From the human T2T-CHM13v2.0 reference genome, Homo sapiens: a DNA stretch of 64,000 bases. A program made the position numbers and the translations under genes. How positions within the stretch are numbered: position 1 is the stretch's first letter; every line of letters begins with the position of its first letter. Positions 1 through 11,707 of the stretch are shown here, in pieces. Where the stretch lies: assembly GCF_009914755.1 (NCBI RefSeq), contig NC_060948.1; one strand, given 5' to 3'. Under the pieces are notes generated by a model, which worked only from the letters and a program-made list of their open reading frames with translations, had not been told where the DNA came from and searched no databases.

Positions 1-1922
1 GACTAGAGTGGAATGGAATGGACTGGAAAGCAATGGACTGGAATGGAACTTTCTTGAATGGACTGGAATCAAACGGAATGGAATGCAATGCAATCAAATG
101 GCATGGAATAAAATAGAATGAAAGAGAATCAAATGGAATTGAATCGAATGGAATCGAATGGATTGGAAAGGAATAGAATGGAATGGAATGGAATGGACTC
201 AAATGGAATGGACTAGAATGGAATGGATTCGAATGGAAGGCAAAGGAATGGAATCTATTGGAATGGACTGTAATGGAATGGAATGGAAGGGATTGGAATG
301 GACTCGAATGGAATGGACTGCAATAGAAAGGATTCGAATGGAATGAAAAAGAATTGAATGGAATAGAACAGAATGGAATCAAATCGAATGAAATGGAATG
401 GAATAGAAAGGAATGGAATGAAATGGAATGGAAAGGATTCGAATGGAATGCAATCGAATGGAATGGAATCGAACGGAATGGAATAAAATGGAAGAAAACT
501 GGCAAGAAATGGAATCGAAATGAATGGAGTGTTATGGAACGGACTCAAAAGGAATTGAATGTAATAGAATGGAGTGGAGTGGACTCGAATATAATGGACT
601 GGAATGGAATGAAATCACATGGAATGGGAACGAATGGAATGGAATGGAAAGGAATGGAATCGAATGGAAAGGAATCGAATGGAAGGGAATGAAATTGAAT
701 CAACAGGAATGGAAGGGAATAGAATAGACGGTAATGGAATGGACTCGAATAGAATGGACACGAATGCTCAAATTGAATGGACTCGAATGGAATGGAAACG
801 AAAGGAATGTCATCGAATGGAATTGAATCGATTGGAATGAAATCGCATAGAATGGAGTGGAATCAAATGGAATTGAATCGAAAGGAAAGGAAGCGAATGG
901 ACTGAAATGAAATGGAATGGAATTGAATGGAAAGTAATGCAATGGAATAGAATGGAACGAAATTTCACGGAATGGAATCAAACTGAATGGAATCAAATCA
1001 ATGGAATCAAATCAAATGGAATGGAAAGGAATTGAATGGAGTAGATTGGATTGGATGGGATTGGAATGAAATGTACTGGAAAGGACTCGAATTTCATGAA
1101 ACGGAATGGAATGAATTGGAACGGAATGGACTCGAATGGAATGGAATGTCATGGAATGGCATCAAATGGAATGGCATCAAATGGAATGGAATCGAATGCA
1201 ATGGAATGCTATGGAATGGAATGGAATGCATTGGAATGGAATGTCCTCTAATGGAATGGATTCGAGTGGAATGGAATCGAATATAATGGAGTCGAATGAA
1301 ATGGAATTGAAAGGAATGGGATCGAATACAATGGAATATACTGGAATGTAATGTAATGAACTCGAATGTAATTGACTGGAATGGAATGTACATGAATGGA
1401 ATGTAATCGAATGGAAAGTAATCCAATGGAATAGAATCTAATGCAATAAAATCGACTCTGATAGAGTAGAATGTAATGGAATGGAGTGCAGTGCAATGGA
1501 ATGGAATGGAATGGAATGCAATGGAATGGAATGGAATGGAACGGAATGGAATGGAATGGGATGGAATGGTATGGAATGGATAGTAATGGACTGGAATGAA
1601 ATGGACTGGAGAAGAATGGACTCAAATTGAAAGGGCTCGAAAGGAATGGAGTCAAATGGAATAGTCTGGAATGGAATGAACACGAATGTAATGCAATCCA
1701 ATAGAATGGAATCGAATGGCATGGAATATAAAGAAATGGAATCGAAGAGAATGGAAACAAATGGAATGGAATTGAATGGAATGGAATTGAATGGAATGTG
1801 AACGAATGGAGTGAAATTGTATGCAGTAGAAGAGAATAGAATGGAATGCAAGCGAAAGGAAAGGAATGGATTGCAATGGAATGGAATTCATTGGAATGGA
1901 AGGGAATGTAGTGTAATGGACA
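1..1922. repeat. Partial DYZ1 unit (window start to first HaeIII site)
   Basis: Colinear with the last ~1.9 kb of every following HaeIII-defined unit (landmarks GGAACTTTCTTGAA, GAAGAAAACTGGCAAG, TGTCCTCTAA, GTATGCAGTAGAAG). Confidence 0.9.
45..59. promoter_or_regulatory. Heat shock element motif A (gGAAc-tTTCt-tGAAt); recurs per unit, polymorphic
   Basis: Matches the HSF1 consensus nGAAnnTTCnnGAAn exactly. Motif match only; binding not shown. Confidence 0.4.
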
Positions 1923-2297
1923 GGCCTGGAATAAAGTGGAATGTTACGGTCTCGAATGGAATAAAAATGTATGGAATGGAATGCAATGAAACGGAATCGA
2001 ATGTCATAGAATGTAATGGAATGCAAAAAAATGGAATCCAAAATCATTGACTGGAAAGGCTGGGTGTCGAAAGGAATTGACTCCAATGGAATGGAATCGA
2101 ATGGAATGGAAGTGAATAGAATCAAACTAAATCGAATGGAATGGAATTGATAGGAACGGAATGGAAAGGAATGCAATGATTTGGCATGGAATGCAATCGA
2201 ATGGCATCGAATGGAATGGAATGGAATGCAATGGAATGGAATGTATTAGAATGTAATGAACATTAATGGAATGTACTCGAATGGATTCGACTGGAAT

Positions 2298-2312
2298 GGA
2301 ATGTTCTGGAAG
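2298..2312. promoter_or_regulatory. Heat shock element motif B (gGAAt-gTTCt-gGAAg); recurs per unit
   Basis: Matches nGAAnnTTCnnGAAn exactly; intact in all units except the last. Motif match only. Confidence 0.45.
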
Positions 2313-2577
2313 TGAATGGACTCCAATGGAATGGATTCGAAAGGAATGGAATCGAACGGAATGGAATCTAATGGAATGGAATTAAATGGAAATGAATCAA
2401 ATTGAATAGCACGGAATTGAATTGAATGGAATCGAATGCAATGGAATCTAATGAAACGGAAAGGAAAGGAATGGAATGGAATGGAATGGGCTGGAATGGA
2501 AAGGAATCGAAACGAATGGAATGGAATCGAACTGAAGAGACTGGAATGGAATGCACTGGAATGGAAGGGAGTGTAAT

Positions 2578-2592
2578 GGAAGGTTCTCGAAA
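2578..2592. promoter_or_regulatory. Heat shock element motif C (gGAAg-gTTCt-cGAAa); recurs per unit
   Basis: Matches nGAAnnTTCnnGAAn exactly; intact in all units except the last. Motif match only. Confidence 0.45.
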
Positions 2593-5330
2593 GTAATGGA
2601 AGCAAATGGAATGGAATTGAATGGAACGGAATAGAGTCGAATGGAATTGAATGGAATGGAATGGACTAGAGTGAAATGGAATCGAACCACAAGGAATGGA
2701 CAGGAATAGAATGGTCTCGAATTGAATGGAATCGTATGGAATGGCATCAAACGGAATGGAATGGACAGCCACGGAATGGAATGCACTCGAATGCAATGGA
2801 GTCGAAACTTATGGACTGGAATAGAATGGACTCGACTGGTACGGACTCCAATGGAATGGAATCGAATGGAAGGGATTCGAACGGAATGGACTCGAAGGGA
2901 AAAGACTGCAATGGAAAGGTCTCTAATGGAATGGAAATTAATGGAATGGAATGGAATCGAATGAAATGGAGTCAAAAGGAATGGAATCGAATGGCAAGAA
3001 ATCGAATGTAATGGAATCGCAAGGAATTGATGTGAACGGAACGGAATGGAATGGAATCCAAAGGAATGGAATAGAATGGAATGGAATCGAATGGAAAGGA
3101 CTCGAATGGAAATCACTCGAATGGAATGAAATTTAATAAAATAGGATCAAATGTAATTGAATGGAATGGAAAGGAATCGAAACGAAAGGAATGGAGATAG
3201 ATGGAATGGAATGGAACAGAGAGCAATGGTATAGAATGGAATGGAATCATCTGGAATGGAATTGAATGGAATGGAATAATATGAAATGGAATGGAATGGA
3301 ATGGAATGGAATGCCCTTGAATTAAATGGACTGGAATGGAATGGACTCGAACAGAGTGGAATGGAAAGTGTTGAGATAGAATGGAATGGACTCCTTTGGA
3401 ATGGTGTAGTATGCAATGCAATCGACTGGCAGGGAATCAAAAGGAATGTAATGGAATGGACTGGACTGGAATGCAATGGACTCGAATAGATTGGAAACGG
3501 AATGCAAAGGAATGGAATGGAATAGTATGGAATGGAATGGAAAGGAATGGAGTGGAATAGACTAGAGTGGAATGGAATGGACTGGAAAGCAATGGACTGG
3601 AATGGAACTTTCTTGGATGGACTGGAATCAAACGGAATGGAATGCAATGCAATCAAATGGCATGGAATAAAATAGAATGAAAGAGAATCAAATGGAATTG
3701 AATCGAATGGAATCGAATGGATTGGAAAGGAATAGAATGGAATGGAATGGAATTGACTCAAATGGAATGGACTAGAATGGAATGGATTCGAATGGAAGGC
3801 AAAGGAATGGAATCTATTGGAATGGACTGTAATGGAATGGAATGGAAGGGATTGGAATGGACTGCAATAGAAAGGATTCGAATGGAATGAAAAAGAATTG
3901 AATGGAATAGAACAGAATGGAATCAAATCGAATGAAATGGAATGGAATAGAAAGGAATGGAATGAAATGGAATGGAAAGGATTCGAATGGAATGCAATCG
4001 AATGGAATGGAATCGAACGGAATGGAATAAAATGGAAGAAAACTGGCAAGAAATGGAATCGAAATGAATGGAGTGTTATGGAACGGACTCAAAAGGAATT
4101 GAATGTAATAGAATGGAGTGGAGTGGACTCGAATATAATGGACTGGAATGGAATGAAATCACATGGAATGGGAACGAATGGAATGGAATGGAAAGGAATG
4201 GAATCGAATGGAAAGGAATCGAATGGAAGGGAATGAAATTGAATCAACAGGAATGGAAGGGAATAGAATAGACGGTAATGGAATGGACTCGAATAGAATG
4301 GACACGAATGCTCAAATTGAATGGACTCGAATGGAATGGAAACGAAAGGAATGTCATCGAATGGAATTGAATCGATTGGAATGAAATCGCATAGAATGGA
4401 GTGGAATCAAATGGAATTGAATCGAAAGGAAAGGAAGCGAATGGACTGAAATGAAATGGAATGGAATTGAATGGAAAGTAATGCAATGGAATAGAATGGA
4501 ACGAAATTTCACGGAATGGAATCAAACTGAATGGAATCAAATCAATGGAATCAAATCAAATGGAATGGAAAGGAATTGAATGGAGTAGATTGGATTGGAT
4601 GGGATTGGAATGAAATGTACTGGAAAGGACTCGAATTTCATGAAACGGAATGGAATGAATTGGAACGGAATGGACTCGAATGGAATGGAATGTCATGGAA
4701 TGGCATCAAATGGAATGGCATCAAATGGAATGGAATCGAATGCAATGGAATGCTATGGAATGGAATGGAATGCATTGGAATGGAATGTCCTCTAATGGAA
4801 TGGATTCGAGCGGAATGGAATCGAATATAATGGAGTCGAATGAAATGGAATTGAAAGGAATGGGATCGAATACAATGGAATATACTGGAATGTAATGTAA
4901 TGAACTCGAATGTAATTGACTGGAATGGAATGTACATGAATGGAATGTAATCGAATGGAAAGTAATCCAATGGAATAGAATCTAATGCAATAAAATCGAC
5001 TCAGATAGAGTAGAATGTAATGGAATGGAGTGCAGTGCAATGGAATGGAATGGAATGGAATGCAATGGAATGGAATGGAATGGAATGGAATGGAATTGAA
5101 TGGGATGGAATGGTATGGAATGGACAGTAATGGACTGGAGTGAAATGGACTGCAAAGGAATGGACTCAAATTGAAAGGGCTCGAAAGGAATGGAGACAAA
5201 TGGAATGGTCTGGAATGGAATGAACACGAATGTAATGCAATCCAATAGAATGGAGTCGAATGGCATGGAATATAAAGAAATGGAATCGAAGAGAATGGAA
5301 ACAAATGGAATGGAATTGAATGGAATGGAA

Positions 5331-5484
5331 TTGAATGGAATGGGAACGAATGGAGTGAAATTGTATGCAGTAGAAGAGAATAGAATGGAATGCAAGCGAA
5401 AGGAAAGGAATGGATTGGAATGGAATGGAATTCATTGGAATGGAAGGGAATGTAGTGTAATGGACAGGCCTGGAATAAAGTGGA
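5331..5484. other. Classical DYZ1 sex-typing PCR amplicon region (one per unit; this copy 154 bp), containing the EcoRI and HaeIII/StuI landmarks
   Basis: Seen: TTGAATGGAATGGGAACGAATGG at 5331-5353 and GGACAGGCCTGGAATAAAGTGGA at 5462-5484. Their identity as the published Y1.2/Y1.1 primers is recalled, not verified. Confidence 0.7.
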
Positions 5485-8400
5485 ATGCTACGGTCTCGAA
5501 TGGAATAAAAATGTATGGAATGGAATGCAATGAAACGGAATCGAATGTCATAGAATGTAATGGAATGCAACAAAATGGAATCCAAAATCATTGACTGGAA
5601 AGGCTGGGTGTCGAAAGGAATTGACTCCAATGGAATGGAATCGAATGGAATGGAAGTGAATAGAATCGAACTAAATCGAATGGAATGGAATTGATAGGAA
5701 CGGAATGGAAAGGAATGCAATGATTTGGCATGGAATGGAATCGAATGGCATCGAATGGAATGGAATGGAATGCAATGGAATGGAATGTATTAGAATGTAA
5801 TGAACATTAATGGAATGTACTCGAATGGATTCGACTGGAATGGAATGTTCTGGAAGTGAATGGACTCCAATGGAATGGATTCAAAAGGAATGGAATCGTA
5901 CGGAATGGAATCTAATGGAATGGAATTAAATGGAAATGAATCAAATTGAATAGCACGGAATTGAATTGAATGGAATGGAATGCAATGGAATCTAATGAAA
6001 CGGAAAGGAAAGGAATGGAATGGAATGGAATGGGCTGGAATGGAAAGGAATCGAAACGAATGGAATGGAATCGAACTGAAGAGACTGGAATGGAATGCAC
6101 TGGAATGGAAGGGAGTGTAATGGAAGGTTCTCGAAAAAAATGGAATCGAATGGAATGCAATTGAATGGAACGGAGTAGAGCCGAATGCAATTGAATGGAA
6201 TGGAATGGACTAGAGTGAAATGGAATCGAACCACAAGGAATGGACAGGAATAGAATGGTCTCGAATTGAATGGAATCGTATGGAATGGCATCAAACGGAA
6301 TGGAATGGACAGCCACGGAATGGAATGCACTCGAATGCAATGGAGTCGAATCTAATGGACTGGAATAGAATGGACTCGACTGGTACGGACTCCAATGGAA
6401 TGGAATCGAATGGAAGGGAATCGAACGGAAGGGAATCGAATGGAATGGACTCGAAGGGAAAAGACTGTAATGGAAAGGTCTCGAATGGAATGGAAATTAA
6501 TGGAATGGAATGGAATCGAATGAAATGGAGGCAAAAGGAATGGAATCGAATGGCAAGAAATCGAATGTAATGGAATCGCAAGGAATTGATGTGAACGGAA
6601 CGGAATGGAATGGAATCCAAAGGAATGGAATAGAATGGAATGGAATCGAATGGAAAGGACTCGAATGGAAATCACTCGAATAGAATGCAATTTAATAAAG
6701 TAGGATCAAATGTAATGGAATGGAATGGAAAGGAATCGAAACGAAAGGAATGGAGACAGATGGAATGGAATGGAACAGAGAGCAATGGTATAGAACGGAA
6801 TGGAATCATCTGGAATGGAATTGAATGGAATGGAATAATATGAAATGGAAAGGAATGAAATGGAATGCCCTTGAATTAAATGGACTACAATGGGAATGGA
6901 CTCGAACAGAGTGGAATGGAAAGTGTTGAAATAGAATGGAATGGACTCGTTTGGAATGGTCTAGTATGCAATGCAATCGACTGGCAGGGAATCAAAAGGA
7001 ATGTAATCGAGTGGATTGGACTGGAATGCAATGGACTCGAATAGATTGGAAACGGAATGCAAAGGAATGGAATGGAATAGTATGGAATGGAATGGAAAGG
7101 AATGGAGTGGAATAGACTAGAGTGGAATGGAATGGACTCGAAAGCAATGGACTGGAATGGAACTTTCTTGAATGGACTGGAACCAAACGGAATGGAATGC
7201 AATGCAATCAAATGGCATGGAATAAGATAGAATGAAAGAGAATCAAATGGAATTGAATCGAATGGAATCGAATGGATTGGAAAGGAATAGAATGGAATGG
7301 AATGGAATTGACTCAAATGGAATGGACTAGAATGGAATGGATTCGAATGGAAGGCAAAGGAATGGAATCTATCGGAATGCACTGTAATGGAATGGAATGG
7401 AAGGGATTGGAATGGATTCGAATGGAATGGACTGCAATAGAAAGGATTCGAATGGAATGAAAAAGAATTGAATGGAATAGAACAGAATGGAATCAAATCG
7501 AATGAAATGGAATGGAATAGAAAGGAATGGAATGAAATGGAATGGAAAGGATTCGAATGGAATGCAATCGAATGGAATGGAATCGAACGGAATGGAATAA
7601 AATGGAAGAAAACTGGCAAGAAATGGAATCGAAATGAATGGAGTGTTTTGGAACGGACTCAAAAGGAATTGAATGTAATAGAATGGAGTGGAGTGGACTC
7701 GAATATAATGGACTGGAATGGAATGAAATCACATGGAATGGGAACGAATGGAATGGAATGGAAAGGAATGGAATCGAATGGAAAGCAATCGAATGGAAGG
7801 GAATGAAATTGAATCAACAGGAATGGAAGGGAATAGAATAGACGGTAATGGAATGGACTCGAATAGAATGGACACGAATGCTCAAATTGAATGGACTCGA
7901 ATGGAATGGAAACGAAAGGAATGTCATCGAATGGAATTGAATCGATTGGAATGAAATCGCATAGAATGGAGTGGAATCAAATGGAATTGAATCGAAAGGA
8001 AAGGAAGCGAATGGACTGAAATGAAATGGAATGGAATTGAATGGAAAGTAATGCAATGGAATACAATGGAACGAAATTTCACGGAATGGAATCAAACTGA
8101 ATGGAATCAAATCAATGGAATCTAATCAAATGGAATGGAAAGGAATTGAATGGAGTAGATTGGATTGGATGGGATTGGAATGAAATGTACTGGAAAGGAC
8201 TCGAATTTCATGAAACGGAATGGAATGAATTGGAACGGAATGGACTCGAATGGAATGGAATGTCATGGAATGGTATCAAATGGAATGCCATCAAATGGAA
8301 TGGAATCGAATGCAATGGAATGTTATGGAATGGAATGGAATGCATTGGAATGGAATGTCCTCTAATGGAATGGATTCGAGTGGAATGGAATCGAATATAA

Positions 8401-9041
8401 TGGAGTCGAATGAAATGGAATTGAAAGGAATGGGATCGAATAGAATGGAATATACTGGAATGTAATGTAATGAACTCGAATGTAATTGACTGGAATGGAA
8501 TGTACATGAATGGAATGTAATCGAATGGAAAGTAATCCAATGGAATAGAATCTAATGCAATAAAACCGACTCAGATAGAGTAGAATGTAATGGAATGGAG
8601 TGCAGTGCAATGAAATGGAATGGAATTGAATGCAATGGAATGGAATGGAATGGAATGGAATGGAATGGAATGGAATTGGATGGAATGGTATGGAATGGAT
8701 AGTAATGGACTGGAGTGAAATGGACTGGAAAGGAATGGACTCAAATTGAAAGGTCTCGAAAGGAATGGAGTCAAATGGAATGGTCTGGAATGGAATGAAC
8801 ACGAATATAATGCAATCCAATAGAATGGAATCGAATGGCATGGAATATAAAGAAATGGAATCGAAGAGAATGGAAACAAATGGAATGGAATTGAATGGAA
8901 TGGAATTGAATGGAATGGGAACGAATGGAGTGAAATTGTATGCAGTAGAAGGGAATAGAATGGAATGCAAGCGAAAGGAAAGGAATGGATTGGAATGGAA
9001 TGGAATTCATTGGAATGGAAGGGAATGTAGTGTAATGGACA
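5467..9041. repeat. DYZ1 unit 2, 3575 bp
   Basis: GGCC at 5467 and 9042; 15-bp duplication near 6411-6440 and a 1-bp insertion near 6893. Confidence 0.9.
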
Positions 9042-11707
9042 GGCCTGGAATAAAGTGGAATGCTACGGTCTCGAATGGAATAAAAATGTATGGAATGGAA
9101 TGCAATGAAACGGAATCGAATGTCATAGAATGTAATGGAATGCAAAAAAATGGAATCCAAAATCATTGACTGGAAAGGCTGGGTGTCGAAAGGAATTGAC
9201 TCCAATGGAATGGAATCGAATGGAATGGAAGTGAATAGAATCGAACTAAATCGAATGGAATGGAATTGATAGGAACGGAATGGAAAGGAATGCAATGATT
9301 TGGCATGGAATGGAATCGAATGGCATCGAATGGAATGGAATGGAATGCAATGGAATGGAATGTATTAGAATGGAATGAACTTTAATGGAATGTACTCGAA
9401 TGGATTCGACTGGAATGGAATGTTCTGGAAGTGAATGGACTCCAATGGAATGGATTCAAAAGGAATGGAATCGTACGGAATGGAATCTAATGGAATGGAA
9501 TTAAATGGAAATGAATCAAATTGAATAGCACGGAATTGAATTGAATGGAATGGAATGCAATGGAATCTAATGAAACGGAAAGGAAAGGAATGGAATGGAA
9601 TGGAATGGGCTGGAATGGAAAGGAATCGAAACGAATGGAATGGAATCGAACTGAAGAGACTGGAATGGAATGCACTGGAATGGAAGGGAGTGTAATGGAA
9701 GGTTCTCGAAAAAAATGGAATCGAATGGAATGGAATTGAATGGAACGGAATAGAGTCGAATGGAATTGAATGGAATGGAATGGACTAGAGTGAAATGGAA
9801 TCGAACCACAAGGAATGGACAGGAATAGAATGGTCTCGAATTGAATGGAATCGTATGGAATGGCATCAAACGGAATGGAATGGACAGCCACGGAATGGAA
9901 TGCACTCGAATGCAATGGAGTCGAAACTAACGGACTGGAATAGAATGAACTCGATTGGTACGGACTCCAATGGAATGGAATCGAATGGAAGGGAATCGAA
10001 CGGAAGGGAATCGAACGGAATGGACTCGAAGGGAAAAGACTGCAATGGAAAGGTCTCGAATGGAATGGAAATTAATGGAATGGAATGGAATCGAATGAAA
10101 TGGAGTCAAAAGGAATGGAATCGAATGGCAAGAAATCGAATGTAATGGAATCGCAAGGAATTGATGTGAACGGAACGGAATGGAATGGAATCCAAAGGAA
10201 TGGAATAGAATGGAATGGAATCGAATGGAAAGGACTCGAATGGAAATCACTCGAATAGAATGCAATTTAATAAAATAGGATCAAATTTAATAGAATGGAA
10301 TGGAAAGGAATCGAAACGGAAGGAATGGAGACAGATGGAATGGAATGGAACAGAGAGCAATGGTATAGAATGGAATGGAATCATCTGGAATGGAATTGAA
10401 TGGAATGGAATAATATGAAATGGAATGGAATGGAATGGAATGGAATGCCCTTGAATTAAATGGACTGGACTCGAACAGAGTGGAATGGAAAGTGTTGAGA
10501 TAGAATGGAATGGACTCCTTTGGAATGGTCTAGTATGCAATGCAATCGACTGGCAGGGAATCAAAAGGAATGTAATCGAATGGATTGGACTGGAATGCAA
10601 TGGACTCGAATAGATTGGAAACGGAATGCAAAGGAATGGAATGGAATAGTATGGAATGCAATGGAAGGGAATGGAGTGGAATAGACTAGAGTGGAATGGA
10701 ATGGACTGGAAAGCAATGGACTGGAATGGAACTTTCTTGGATGGATTGGAATCAAACGGAATGGAATGCAATGCAATCAAATGGCATGGAATAAAATAGA
10801 ATGAAAGAGAATCAAATGGAATTGAATCGAATGGAATCGAATGGATTGGAAAGGAATAGAATGGAATGGAATGGAATTGACTCAAATGGAATGGACTAGA
10901 ATGGAATGGATTCGAATGGAATGGAATGTCATGGAATGGCATCAAATGGAATGGCATCAAATGGAATGGAATCGAATGCAATGGAATGCTATGGAATGGA
11001 ATGGAATGCATTGGAATGGAATGTCCTCTAATGGAATGGATTCGAGTGGAATGGAATTGAATATAATGGAGTCGAATGAAATGGAATTGAAAGGAATGGG
11101 ATCGAATACAATGGAATATACTGGAATGTAACGTAATGAACTCGAATGTAATTGACTGGAATGGAATGTACATGAATGGAATGTAATCGAATGGAAAGTA
11201 ATCCAATGGAATAGAATCTAATGCAATAAAATCGACTCAGATAGAGTAGAATGTAATGGAATGGAGTGCAGTGCAATGGAATGGAATGGAATGGAATGCA
11301 ATGGAATGGAATGGAATGGAATGGAATGGAATGGAATGGAATGGGATGGAATGGTATGGAATGGATAGTAATGGACTGGAGTGAAATGGACTGGAATGGA
11401 ATGGACTCAAATTGAAAGGGCTCGAAAGGAATGGAGTCAAATGGAATGGTCTGGAATGGAATGAACACGAATGTAATGCAATCCAATAGAATGGAATCGA
11501 ATGGCATGGAATATAAAGAAATGGAATCGAAGAGAATGGAAACAAATGGAATGGAATTGAATGGAATGGAATTGAATGGAATGTGAACGAATGGAGTGAA
11601 ATTGTATGCAGTAGAAGAGAATAGAATGGAATGCAAGCGAAAGGAAAGGAATGGATTGGAATGGAATGGAATTCATTGGAATGGAAGGGAATGTAGTGTA
11701 ATGGACA
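9042..11707. repeat. DYZ1 unit 3, truncated, 2666 bp (903-bp internal deletion)
   Basis: GGCC at 9042 and 11708. The junction GGATTCGAATGGAA|TGGAATGTCATGG at 10912-10921 joins sequences that are 903 bp apart in intact units. Confidence 0.92.

Larger units (their letters stand above)
1923..5466. repeat. DYZ1 unit 1, 3544 bp
   Basis: GGCC at 1923 and 5467; 15-bp deletion near 3862. Confidence 0.9.

Noticed and set aside
1041-1066. G-quadruplex in GATTGGATTGGATGGGATTGG or telomere-like repeats
   Set aside because: Mostly GG runs (at best weak two-tier G4, no different from the background satellite); no TTAGGG arrays.
107-3141. Several AATAAA hexamers per unit (near 107, 482, 1445, 1930, 1960, 3135) as polyadenylation signals
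   Set aside because: AATAAA arises easily from GGAATGGAA by G>A changes. No clear GU/U-rich downstream elements, and no transcript evidence is available from sequence alone.
1911-3186. Possible ancient sub-repeat inside the unit (recurring GACTCCAATGG, GTGTAATGGA, GGAATCGAAACGAA, GGTCTCGAA)
   Set aside because: Spacings are irregular (e.g. 240, 525, 660, 670 bp) and the words are only a few substitutions from consensus. I cannot support a periodicity without a computed self-alignment.
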